DNA of 43,263 bases, taken from IMG/VR virus record IMGVR_UViG_3300045988_018894, positions 1 to 43,263 of that record; one strand, given 5' to 3'. This stretch comes from a virus. Shown one piece after another: positions 30,200-41,400 of this stretch. The notes under the pieces are model-generated. The model was given only the letters and a program-made list of their open reading frames with translations. It was not told where the DNA came from and made no database searches. The stretch's first letter is position 1, and every line of letters begins with the position of its first letter. A program made the position numbers and the translations under genes.

Positions 30200-32032
30200 A
30201 TGGCGCTCTCCGGCAATTTTTCCGGATCGACCGGCAACCAGTATATCAGGCCGGACATCTACTGGTCGGCGGCACAGTCGCAGGACGGCAACTACAGCGA
30301 CGTAACCGCGACGCTGTACTACAGCCGCAGCAACAGCGGCTATACGACGAGCGGCACGTGGTCGGGCGGTATTACGATCGACGGACAGCGCATGGCGGGG
30401 AGCCGTCACATCGAGATCTCCTATAATTCCGACACGATGGCGGTCTCTGCGACGGTGCGGGTGTACCACAATGCGGACGGCAGTCGGGACGTGACGATTT
30501 CGGCAGATGGACGGATCAGCGGCACGACGCTCTCATCGACCTCGATTTCGGCGACGGTGACGCTCGACACGATCCCGCGCGCCAGCGTGCCGACGCTCAA
30601 CAAGAGTTCCATCGCCATGGGCGAGGAGATCATCATCTACACCAACAGCAAAAAGACCGGATTTGTCCACACGGTGCGCTATGCGTTCGCGGGAGACGGC
30701 TACGCGGGGGACTTCGACGGGGAGACGGCGTACAACTGGTTTGCGCTGACCCCGCGCAAGGCGCTTGCAAGCAGGATCCCAAACGCCGCAAGCGGGACGT
30801 GTACGGTTTACCTCAAGACATGGAGCGACAGCAGCCTGACGGAGCAGATCGGCGACGAGCAGAGCGTAAGCTTCACGCTGCGCGTTCCGGCGGATGCGGC
30901 GCCCACGGTGGCCTCCGGCTGGGCAGTGGCGGCGGCAGACAACAGCGGCGGCAAGGCCGCAAGCCTTAAGGGGTTTATCAGCGGATTCTCGCGGGCGCAG
31001 ATCGCATTTGCAGCGGACAAGATATCGACCAAGTACGGGGCAAGCATCGCCGGATACAGGATCACCTGCGGCGGCGTGAGCGCGGAGAGTACGCCGTATA
31101 AGACGGGGGTGCTGTTTGGGGAAAGCGCACAGATCATCTGCCGCGTGACGGATTCGCGCGGGATGTATGCCGAGCAAACGCTGACGGTCAACCTCTACTC
31201 CTACGCCGCTCCGACGCTGACGGGCGTACAGATCTACCGATCGGATGACGCAATGCTCCCGGCGGACACGGGGATGCACATCGCGGGCGTGGCCACGGTC
31301 AAGCACTCCGACTGCGGCGGGGAGAACACCTACACGCTCAAAGGCTATTGGAGAGCCGTGGGAGGCTCATGGAGCGCGGGGCTTGCGATGGCAAGCGGCA
31401 AGGCGGCGCTCGTCACCGGTAGTGTGGACATCCTTACGACGGCCAGCTATGAGGGCAAAATCGATGTAGTCGACAAACTCGGCAACGTCGCCAGCGTAAC
31501 GGCGGTTATCCCGACGCAGGCTGTTACGATGCATATGCGCGAGGGCGGCAACGGAGTGGCCTTTGGCAAGTACAGCGAAAAGGCCGGGCTTGAGTGCGCG
31601 TGGGGCGCGGAATTTCAGGGAGAGGTGCAGGCGGCTTCGCTGCGTGTGGGCGGACGGATGCTGCTCGACTGGATCTATCCGGTAGGAAGCATCTATCAGT
31701 CCACAAAATCGACCGATCCGGCTGATTTATTCGGGGGAACGTGGGAAGCCATTACTAACGTGTTTCTGCTGGCGGCTGGCACAATCTATCGCCCCGGTAC
31801 GACCGGCGGTGAATCCGAGGTAACGCTGACAGCTGACGAAATCCCTGAGATCAAGATGAGCTATCAGTACACTGGCCAGAGCACTGTCATTGGTACGGAC
31901 GCGATCCGGCTGTACGATGCCAACGGACAGCAGAACCAGTACACGGGGCCACAAAGCAGCAACTGCGGGGGCAAGGCGCACAACAACATGCCGCCGTATT
32001 TGGCTGTGTACACATGGAAGCGCACAGCATGA
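30200..32032 (+). CDS. Tail fibre / receptor-binding protein with C-terminal tail-collar-like domain (610 aa)
   Basis: N-terminus resembles DUF859-type phage proteins. The C-terminal segment GGESEVTLTADEIPE...GGKAHNNMPPYLAVYTWKRTA resembles phage tail-collar domains. Confidence 0.7.
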   Translation: MALSGNFSGSTGNQYIRPDIYWSAAQSQDGNYSDVTATLYYSRSNSGYTTSGTWSGGITIDGQRMAGSRHIEISYNSDTMAVSATVRVYHNADGSRDVTISADGRISGTTLSSTSISATVTLDTIPRASVPTLNKSSIAMGEEIIIYTNSKKTGFVHTVRYAFAGDGYAGDFDGETAYNWFALTPRKALASRIPNAASGTCTVYLKTWSDSSLTEQIGDEQSVSFTLRVPADAAPTVASGWAVAAADNSGGKAASLKGFISGFSRAQIAFAADKISTKYGASIAGYRITCGGVSAESTPYKTGVLFGESAQIICRVTDSRGMYAEQTLTVNLYSYAAPTLTGVQIYRSDDAMLPADTGMHIAGVATVKHSDCGGENTYTLKGYWRAVGGSWSAGLAMASGKAALVTGSVDILTTASYEGKIDVVDKLGNVASVTAVIPTQAVTMHMREGGNGVAFGKYSEKAGLECAWGAEFQGEVQAASLRVGGRMLLDWIYPVGSIYQSTKSTDPADLFGGTWEAITNVFLLAAGTIYRPGTTGGESEVTLTADEIPEIKMSYQYTGQSTVIGTDAIRLYDANGQQNQYTGPQSSNCGGKAHNNMPPYLAVYTWKRTA

Positions 32033-32044
32033 GGATGGAACAAT

Positions 32045-33088
32045 ATGCCTGATATTAATATCACAGTGGCGCACAAGGTCGCGGTGTCTGATACGCAATC
32101 CATCGTATGCGACAACAGCGACTACACAGTGCATTGGACGCTGGACGAGGAGTGGGCCGCCTACGACACCAAAACCATGCGAACGATCTACATGGACGGC
32201 ACGTTCAAGGATACGGTGTTTAGCGGCGCGGAAGTCAAACTGCCCGTTTGCACCGTGCCGGGAGTGGTGCAGATCGGCTTGTTTGCGGGCGACATCCGCA
32301 CGTCGCGCGTGGCAATCCTGCGCGCGCTGCCGTCCGTCCGGTCTGCGGCTGGCGCGCCTGCCGATCCCACGCCAGATGTGTACGACCAACTCATGGCGCG
32401 CATGGCGCAGTTGGAGACGCCCGACTGGAACCAGAACGACCCGACCGCGAAGGACTATGTGCGGAACAGGACGCATTGGGCTGAAACAGGCGAGGACGTA
32501 GTTGGAACCGGAATGTCCGGTTGGTCTATCACGGCATCAGATCGCCCTGATAGAGTTATCCAGAAAGTACGTATCGGCGGGCAAGTGTATGAGAATGTGC
32601 AACCTTTATCTTACTCGACCGAACTTATAATTGGGTATCAGATCGGGGATTACGAAGTAACATTTTTGAAACAGTATGACCGTGTCAGCATTTCGCCGAG
32701 CACCATATCCCCCGAGGACATTGAGTTTATCGGAGCTAAAACAACCTACCATCAAATTGCTGAGGAATACCTCCCCGGGTATACCGCGCTCAAGACTGAT
32801 GTTGCCGCCGCAAAACACGTTGCAGACCAAGTGGTGGCGTTTTGGTGTAACTACAGGGACTCTGCGTTGATGTTTATGAATATCCCGGATGCTAAGGCTA
32901 TATTTGTGTCCCCGTCAGGCGGTGGCACCAAATTAAGCGCGAAACGATACACGCATGATAATAAAACGTACTATGATATCTTATCTTGCAAAACCGGGAT
33001 AGCGATTACGGATGCCGAAATACCATATGGGACTATGATGCTGTCGATTGTATCAACTGGCAAATGCTATTGCCTTAATCCCCTGTAA
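32045..33088 (+). CDS. Second tail fibre / receptor-binding protein (347 aa) with a compositionally distinct C-terminal half
   Basis: The conserved-looking joint PDWNQNDPTAKDYVRNRTHW is followed by a visibly lower-GC C-terminal region. Confidence 0.65.
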   Translation: MPDINITVAHKVAVSDTQSIVCDNSDYTVHWTLDEEWAAYDTKTMRTIYMDGTFKDTVFSGAEVKLPVCTVPGVVQIGLFAGDIRTSRVAILRALPSVRSAAGAPADPTPDVYDQLMARMAQLETPDWNQNDPTAKDYVRNRTHWAETGEDVVGTGMSGWSITASDRPDRVIQKVRIGGQVYENVQPLSYSTELIIGYQIGDYEVTFLKQYDRVSISPSTISPEDIEFIGAKTTYHQIAEEYLPGYTALKTDVAAAKHVADQVVAFWCNYRDSALMFMNIPDAKAIFVSPSGGGTKLSAKRYTHDNKTYYDILSCKTGIAITDAEIPYGTMMLSIVSTGKCYCLNPL

Positions 33089-33155
33089 CCACACGCCCAA
33101 CGCCCTGACGGGCTTAATTTACACGCGCAATTCGCAGAAGAGAGGAGACGACATT

Positions 33156-33374
33156 ATGACAGAATCCATCATCGCAGCACTGATAACCGGCGCGTTAAGC
33201 CTGTTTGGCGTGCTGGCCAGCAACCGCAAGACACAGGCAGTGACAGAGACCAAGATCGACGAGCTGACGCGCGAGGTGCGCGAGCACAACAATTTTGCGC
33301 GTCGTATGCCGGTCGTGGAGGAGCAGATCAAGGAGATTAACCACCGTATCGCAGATCTTGAAGAGAAACAGTAA
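33156..33374 (+). CDS. Lysis-cassette membrane protein (72 aa; N-terminal TM plus coiled coil)
   Basis: RBS AGAGGAGACG. MTESIIAALITGALSLFGVLASN followed by a charged helix. Confidence 0.55.
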   Translation: MTESIIAALITGALSLFGVLASNRKTQAVTETKIDELTREVREHNNFARRMPVVEEQIKEINHRIADLEEKQ

Positions 33375-33413
33375 TTTTATGGTGCCCTAATCGGGCACAG
33401 GAAGGAGAAAAAT

Positions 33414-33689
33414 ATGGAAAACATCGGTATCGCAAGCGTGGCGGCCATTACGGTCATCGCCTACATCATCGGCGCGCTGGTCAAACTTTGGCCCGCCATC
33501 CCGGACAAGGCTATCCCCGTCATCTGTGGGCTGGTCGGCGCGGGGCTGGGCCTGCTGAGCCTGTACTGCGCGCCCATCCCGGATTTCCCCGCGACGGATC
33601 CGATCACGGCCGCTGCTGTGGGCGTTGTGTCCGGTCTGGCTGCTACGGGTATTAATCAGGCGGTTAAGCAGCTGAGCAAGGAGGAGTAA
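33414..33689 (+). CDS. Holin (91 aa, multi-TM)
   Basis: RBS GGAAGGAG. Two or three hydrophobic spans and a charged C-terminus KQLSKEE. Sits immediately upstream of the endolysin. Confidence 0.75.
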   Translation: MENIGIASVAAITVIAYIIGALVKLWPAIPDKAIPVICGLVGAGLGLLSLYCAPIPDFPATDPITAAAVGVVSGLAATGINQAVKQLSKEE

Positions 33690-33690
33690 G

Positions 33691-34389
33691 ATGAACATCA
33701 TCGAAAAAACCTACAACTGGGCGCACGAACTGTCTGCCCGTCAGGTCACGAACCTGATCATTCTGCACCACGCTGCGGCCAAATCTTGTACGGCAGCGGA
33801 TGTACACAACTGGCATCTTAACCGGGGATGGGCTGGCATCGGCTACCACTTTTTTGTCGGCAAGGACGGCAGCGTCACGCGTGGCCGTCCGCTCTGGGCA
33901 GTCGGCGCGCACGCCGAAAGCTGCAACTGGCGATCTGTCGGCGTGTGTTTCGAGGGCGATTACCAGGCTGAGACGGAGATGCCCGCCGCGCAGCTGCAGG
34001 CCGGGCGTGAGCTGGTGCAGTATCTCAAGGCTAAGCTGGGCGTGGATCGTGTGGTTGGCCACCGCGACGTTGCAGTGGCGGGGACGAGCTGCCCCGGCCA
34101 GTATTTCCCGTTCGATTCGATTTGTGCGACGGACAACGACAACACTAATACCGAGGAGGATATTATCATGGTAGCAACTCAGATGATCGGCAACGGCGAC
34201 CGTGGCAACGCGGTGCGCAGCATGCAGGGTGCGCTCATCGCGCAGGGCTATAAGTGCGGCAGCTACGGCGCGGACGGTATCTGCGGCGCGGCAACCGTCG
34301 CGGCGATTAAGGCTTGCCAGCACGCAAACGGCCTGACGGCGGACGGCATCTGCGGCCCCGATACATGGGGAGCACTGCTCAAGAAGTAA
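33691..34389 (+). CDS. Endolysin: N-acetylmuramoyl-L-alanine amidase (Amidase_2/PGRP) plus PG_binding_1 domain (232 aa)
   Basis: ILHHAA, GWAGIGYHFFV and HRDV...CPG amidase motifs. C-terminal segment GDRGNAVRSMQGALIAQGY...GLTADGICGPDTWGALL. Confidence 0.9.
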   Translation: MNIIEKTYNWAHELSARQVTNLIILHHAAAKSCTAADVHNWHLNRGWAGIGYHFFVGKDGSVTRGRPLWAVGAHAESCNWRSVGVCFEGDYQAETEMPAAQLQAGRELVQYLKAKLGVDRVVGHRDVAVAGTSCPGQYFPFDSICATDNDNTNTEEDIIMVATQMIGNGDRGNAVRSMQGALIAQGYKCGSYGADGICGAATVAAIKACQHANGLTADGICGPDTWGALLKK

Positions 34390-34419
34390 TCCGGAGAACC
34401 GGAAAGGAGGGAGACACGG

Positions 34420-35448
34420 GTGGCGTTTAGCTACAAAGACTATGAGGAGAGCGAGCGCGTCAGGGATCTGTACAATCAGCTCCAGCAGACGGACGCACGG
34501 AAGCCGGGCGAGTGGGACGGCGGGACGTATGGCCAGCAGATGCAGGACGCGCTCAGCAAGCTGCAGAACCGCGAAAAATTTAAGTACGACCTGAACGGCG
34601 ACGCGCTCTATCAGCAGTACAAGGATCGATACGTCCAGCAGGGCAAGCAAGCCATGCAGGATACGATGGGACAGGCGGCGGCGCTTACCGGCGGGTATGG
34701 CTCGACATACAGCCAAAGCGCCGGGCAGCAGCAGTATAACGCGTATCTGCAGAGTCTTAACGACGTTGTGCCGGAGCTGTATCAGATGGCGCTGGATCGT
34801 TATAACGCGGAGGGCGACGATCTCAAGACGCAGTACTCCCTCCTTGCGGACAGGTACTCGCAGGAGTACGGAGAGCATCGGGATAAGACGAGCGACTGGC
34901 AAAACCAGCGCGATTACGCCGCGAATCGGTACGATGCCGAGCGGCAGCTTGATTACAGCCGATACGGCGACGCAAAAAGCTACGCCTATCAGGACTACAG
35001 GGATCAGGTCTCAGACGCGCAGTGGCAAAAACAGTATGACGAGAACGTCAGGCAGTTTAACCAGCAGATGGCGATGGAGCAGGCTCAGCTTGCGGCGCAG
35101 AGGGCGGCGGCAAGCAGTTCGAGCCGCAGTGGTTCGTCCAGCTCTCGCAGATCCAGCAAGAGCTACGACACCCACGGGTACTCGTCCGATCAGATCAAGC
35201 AGATCCAGATGGCGGCTGGGCTTACGCAGGACGGCATTTGGGGCGCGCAGACTCAGGCGGCATATGAGAGCGGCTATAGGCCGATCAACGAGTATACCAT
35301 CACAAATCGATCCGGTAACGGATGGATCAAGCTTGAGGGCGGAAGCCGATACGGTGAAACTGAGCTGATTAAGATGCTCCAGAACGGAACTGCGACCGCA
35401 ACGTGGGACAACAGCAAGAAGACAATCACGTTTCACAAGAAGAAGTAA
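34420..35448 (+). CDS. Q/Y/D-rich protein with a PG_binding_1-like segment (342 aa, GTG start)
   Basis: SD GGAGG 9 nt upstream. IKQIQMAAGLTQDGIWGAQTQAAY resembles a peptidoglycan-binding repeat. Contains a Ser-rich linker. Confidence 0.65.
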   Translation: MAFSYKDYEESERVRDLYNQLQQTDARKPGEWDGGTYGQQMQDALSKLQNREKFKYDLNGDALYQQYKDRYVQQGKQAMQDTMGQAAALTGGYGSTYSQSAGQQQYNAYLQSLNDVVPELYQMALDRYNAEGDDLKTQYSLLADRYSQEYGEHRDKTSDWQNQRDYAANRYDAERQLDYSRYGDAKSYAYQDYRDQVSDAQWQKQYDENVRQFNQQMAMEQAQLAAQRAAASSSSRSGSSSSRRSSKSYDTHGYSSDQIKQIQMAAGLTQDGIWGAQTQAAYESGYRPINEYTITNRSGNGWIKLEGGSRYGETELIKMLQNGTATATWDNSKKTITFHKKK

Positions 35449-35468
35449 CGCGAGCGAGGGAGGCAACT

Positions 35469-38400
35469 ATGACCAACAACGATCTGGCGGTGGAGCTGCT
35501 GCAGCAGCGTAAGAAGAAGCGCGAGGATCCGCAGTCTGCGGCGACGCAAACCAGCACGCAGAATATGAGCGGACAGGCCGCTCTTGCGCAGGAGCTTTTG
35601 TCTCAGCGGATTCAGGCGCGGAAAGAGCGCGAAGCGACGCAGCCCACCGTCAGCCTTCCCTCGCAGAGAATTGACCCGGCGAAGGAGCGGCAGGAGAGCA
35701 AGGGCAAGTTTAACGGCTGGAAGTATTTCGGCAACCTCGGAAAGACGCTACTGACCGGCGTTGCAAGCCTTGCACAGACGGGAGCCATGGCCGAGGATGT
35801 TGTGACTTCTGCCGTGGATACGATCTTCAAGGGTGCGAACACAAAGGGAAGTGGCCTCTTCAATGCACTGTATCACGGCCGACCGGATTGGAAGTTCCTC
35901 GGCGAGAATGGCCTCGTCGGCATCGAGCAGGAGAAAGCCTATCTCGATCAGGAACGAGAGGCTGAAGTCGCCAAAATCAAGGATGACACTTTTGGCGGCA
36001 AGGTCTCCAAAAAGGCTGCGTCGTATGGCGGCGATATCGCGTATGGCGTAGGCGGCGCGATCCCCATGGCGGCGACTGCGGGAGTTGCGGCGGCACCTAT
36101 CGTCAACGGCGTAGCGACATCAACGGAGGCGCTTGCAAATCTGGGCGCGTCCGTCGTGGAAAGTTCCGGTGTGCTGAATGCTCTGGGGAAAGGGTTTCGC
36201 GACACGCTAAGATCCAAGGACTACTGGATGGCATTTACATCCGAGGTCGGCGCGGATTACCAGGAAGCCCTTTCTGATGGCGCAAGCACGGGCGAAGCCA
36301 TGAACTACGCCATCGCCACCAGCCTTCTTAACTCTATAATCGAAGTCGGCGGTGGTATCCAGAAGGTACCGGAGAACTTCAGCGTAAAGAATCTCCTGCG
36401 CAGCGCCGCAGAGGAGGGCATGGAGGAAATCTGGCAAGGCCCCGTCGGGCGCACAATGCAGAACGTTGTGTACGGCGCAGACAATCCCATCGGGTCGCTT
36501 TCGGATGACCGCGCGATCTTTAACCCCGTGACATCCGCACAGGAGTTTGCGGGAGGGTTTGCCGTCGGCGGCATTCTTTCCGGCGCACAGATGGCGGCGG
36601 GGAAAGCCGCAGGCAGCGTCTATAACAAGCAGATCGAGAAGCAGAGCAAGCGCTATGAGCAGGCGCAGCAGATGGTAAGAGACCGCTCCGGCGTAAAGGG
36701 TACGTATCAAACACAGGAGGACGGGAAAACCACGGTCGGCGGCAGTGAGTCTGCGATCAAGTCCGTCGTAAAGGACGGGCAGATCGAGATGGAGAACGGC
36801 GAGGTTGTTTCCCCTGAGAAGGTAACGTTCGCGGATCGGAACACTGCGGATCTCTATGAGGGCGCGATCAACCGCGCGGCAAACGCCGGAGCGGCGAATG
36901 TTTTTATCGATTCTTATGCTGGCGGCGACGTGAGCCGTTATCTGCTTGGGATGCAGGAGGCGTATGAGGATGGCCGCGCCGGTGTCGTAACCGAGAAACG
37001 CGGGACGTTTGCGGACGATCTGACGGACGCGCAGCGCACCGCTGCGTGGAATCAGGGCGCGGCGGACGGGCTTCAGAGCTTCCGCTCCGACACCGGACTC
37101 GGTGAAAACGGCAGCGCCGCGTGGACGCAGGTGCAGCAGAATCAGGCCGTGAGGAGCAACCCGCGCCTCCGCACGGGCTTTACCTCGATGTATCAGGCGG
37201 GGCTGAGCGGGAAAGCGCTGACCGACGTGAAGAGCGACGCGGCAAAGTATATCCCCCCATCCGTACAGACGGCGGCATATCAGGCGGGGCTTGCGGACGC
37301 GGCGAGCAGCCTTGCGCGGGAAAAGGCCGGGGTAAAACTGGTTACGCGCTCCGATGAGTCGGGGCTTGCTGACAACGATTACAGCCGGAATCTTGCCAAC
37401 AAAGACGCCGGAACGGCACGCGTACTGGGGGCTTTGGCAAGCGACATGGGCGTAAGGATTGAGATCGTCCCACAGGTACAGGGCGGCGCGGCGAACGGCA
37501 AGTACGTCAATAAAACAAACACGATCCAGCTTGCGGCAGACGCGGATAACCCGCTCGCCTTTGTCGCGGCGCATGAGGTGACGCACCGGATGCAGGATGC
37601 CGCGCCCACGGAATACCACGCGTATCGCGACGCGGTGATGGCATACCGCGCGAACGAGCTGGGGGATGATACGGCGGCGCATATGGTAGAGCGCTACCGC
37701 GACGCAAGCCGCGAGGCTGGCGTGACGCTGACGCAGGAAGAGGCCATGGACGAGATCGCGGCGGACTTTACCGCGAAGATGATCGACGACGCTAACCTCT
37801 TTGAGAGGTTCGCCAGACAGAACCGCACGGAGGCAAAGACCCTACTCGACCGCTTGAAGGAATTTATCTCCAAGGTCAAGAACCTTGTCGCATCCAAGCG
37901 CAACAAAGCCGCGCAGGAGGCTTACGGCAAAAACTTCGCGGAGCTGCAGAAGATCGCAGCCCTTTGGCAGACGGCGTATGACAAGGCGGCAGAGACGGTC
38001 GGACACGCAGTTTTGGTTACAAATGATGCTCCGACTGCTGGAGTGTCTTACGATGATGCCGTTTACTCATTGCGTGTTACAGACGAGGCGCTTAAAAACG
38101 GTGATGTTGCCAGTATCCCGCCCAGCATTTCCCCAAAGTCTACGCCAGTTCGTTCTACTGAGATTCTAACAGACAGCGCGGTGGTGACCGCTGATGACGG
38201 GGAGCGCTACTCGCTGAAGTCGATGAAGCGTGACATCGCCGAAGGGCAGATGTTTAAAGACCTGAAGTCCTACTGCAACTGGACGCAAGCGCAGGTCGAC
38301 GAGCTGAAAACGAACATCGAGGAGCTTGTCCGATACATGGAGCCGCACCGCGACATCCTCGACATGAACGAGACCACCGGACGAGATGACCGGCGTTTTT

Positions 38401-41400
38401 CCCCTTATAAGCAGAACAGCGACCCTCTCTACAAGATTTCAATGGACTTTTCGACGCTTTGCAGTAAGCGGCTGTTGACCCAGTACGTCATCGAGAGCCT
38501 GCAGGTGCGCGAGGGACGGCCAATGTCTGCTGAGGAGCAGATGGCCATACGCGATATGTTGATTGAGTACCGCAAAGTAGACAAGGGACTTCAGGTCGCG
38601 TGCGCGATGTGTTACGTTGAGGCGGCGCGGCTTAAATCCCCCAAGCAGATGCAGACGTGGCTGGACGATCGCGGCAGGGCGATGCGAAAGTATTACGCAG
38701 CGAAGAACCAAGCGTATGAGGACAGCATTATAAAGGCTCAGGAGGATTTTAAGGAGTCGAGAGGGTACGACAGAGACACCCCCAAGAGCAAGATGAAGCA
38801 CTCGGACGTTACCGAACTGAACAAGATCCGGCCCCGCATGGCCTCGGAGTATCAGCCGACGGATTCGGAACAGCGAGTTATTGATCAGGTCGAAAGTCTC
38901 CCCACAGAGACGTTTTTGACGAGCGCAAATCTTGCGCAATTCAGCGAGGATTTGCCGGACGGATATGCGGCCTACATCGGGATGATGACAAAGGCGACGC
39001 ACAGCAAGCCTCTTGAGACGGATGAGGCATATTATTACGGGGACAGCCGCCGCAAAATCGGGCATGGCAAGGTCGTGACGGATCGGTTCCTCGCGAACAT
39101 GAACCGAGAGAATGGCATGCGGTTCTCCTCGTGGAGCGATTGGCGCATCCAGCACTTACTGGACTATATCACAGCGGTGATCGACAATAGCGTGCGCGGG
39201 GCGAAGATGCACGGGTACACAAAATATCCGGACGAGGTACGCGTGCTCGGCAAGACTGGCATGATGTTTAACCTCTCTGGCGTGGCCGGTACGCAGACGG
39301 GCCTGAACCCCGACGGCAGCCTGAGCTTCAGCGACACCGAGAGCATCAACATTGAGGAGGCAAAGGCACTGCGTGAGGAGTTCCCAGATACGGCGGGGCT
39401 GCAGTGCATCGGCGTGAGCGACAAGCATATCCGGGCGCTGATGCGCAGCGAAGATGTCGATTATATCATCCCCTATCACACCAGCAGCCTGAACAAAGAT
39501 CTGCGGCGCATGGCGCAGATCCACGGGTGGAAAGATTACACGCTCACCCAGAACGAGAAAAAACTCAAGGGAGCAACAAGCGACGGAAGCGAGACATGGC
39601 AAGTCACACCGGCGTTTTCGGACTGGTTCGTCGGGTACGACACCGGCATGAGCGGCATCGAGGCCATGCGGGCAAGCGCTGCGCGGTATTTGGAGATCTG
39701 CAAGGAGCGCGGATTGCGCCCGAAGTTTGAGGCGTTTACAGACGAGCCAAACTACTGGAAACTCCTGATCGACCGAAAGATGATCAATCAGGAGACCGGC
39801 AAACTGATCCGGCAGAAGCCGGTTACGCCGGAGTTTGACTTTGATACAATCCGTGGGATCGTTGACCGGTATGTCGAGGATTATGACAGCTCTCGCGAGG
39901 AGAGGGCGCTCAAGTATGTAACGGACAACTGGGACACCATCCCCCAGCGAATCAAATATCTGAAGGCCACGGAAGCGCAGAAGAAGGCCATGGCGACCCT
40001 TGGGAATGAGATGATTGCGGCTCAGCCGAAGGAGAACAGGCTCCAGCTCAAGTCTCAGACGCAGATCGAGTCGGAAATGCGCGACATCAAGAAGGAACGC
40101 GATCGGCTCAAAGCGCGCGTGAAATCGCTTGAGCGTCAGGTGGCACGCTGGAAAGCGGAAACCAAGCCTTCTATGCCGAGTTTCCGCGAGGGAGATCTGA
40201 AGAAACTCTGCAATCGGCTTATCAACGACTTCGACAGTTCGACGAAATACAGCGAGATCAAGACGGACATGGAGAACCTCGGCAAGGCGCTGCTATCGCA
40301 GGATGTCCCTGACACAGAGCTCCACGCTTATGCAGAGTATGTGGCAGAAAAGATCATCCAGAATTCCCGTGTGCTTGAGGAGGGCGGCGAGGACTTGCTG
40401 GAGATCCAAAAACACCTCAAGTCCGTCAAGCTGGCGTACACGGATGACGGATCCATCCCGGATTTTTCCGAATGGAAGAAGGCACACCGTGACATTAAGT
40501 TTGCAAAGGACGGGGGCCTCCCTGTTGACGTGGCATATCACGAGCTGACAGAGCTGTTTGGCGGTGGCTATTTCCCGGAGAACATCGTGCATCCGGCGGA
40601 TCAGCTTACGCGCATGGGCGAGGTGCTGGAGGATATCGACAACATTTGGTCAAATCCTTATGATGAGTACCGCGACATTGCGGTGACGGCACTTGGCAAT
40701 GCGCTGATTGAGGGCATGATCAGCGACGATGTCCGGCAGACAAGACCTACCTACGCAGACCGGAAGGAGCAGGAGATCGCACACCTGAAGGATCTGCTCA
40801 GCAAGACGCGGGCTAGTCGCGACGAGAAGATCAAGCAGATGCGCACAGCTTATGCCGAGCGAACGAAGGCCGGAGCGGAAAGGCGAAAGGCCAGAGAGAT
40901 CCGAGCCAAGATCTCGCGGCACACCGAAACGCTCTCTCGGAAGTTGCTCCGCCCAACGGATAAGCAACACATCCCGGATAGCCTGCGGATGCCCGTTGCC
41001 GCACTCTTGCGTAGCATCAATATGGAGAGCGCCAGAAGCTACGACGAAAACGGCAGGCTGCGGAGCGGGAACAATGGGACACCCACCAAGCGCACGCAGG
41101 ATGCGATCAGACTACGTGAGGCATACGATTCGATCCTCTCCAATGATCCGAACTTTGTTATCGATCCGGCTTTGTTTGGCGGTGACGGGACGAGCGGGTT
41201 TATCGACCAACTTGTCGAGCTGGGGAATCGGCGTATCGACAAGATGGGAACTGCTCAGCTGAATGTTATCTGGAAGGCCATCAAGGGCATTGAGACGACC
41301 ATTACAAGCTACGACAAGGCTCTTTCGAGTGGGAAGTATATGTTTATCTCCCAGTGGGCAAATGATCTCAGGAGCGGCGTAAGTAGCCGCAAACGGGCGA

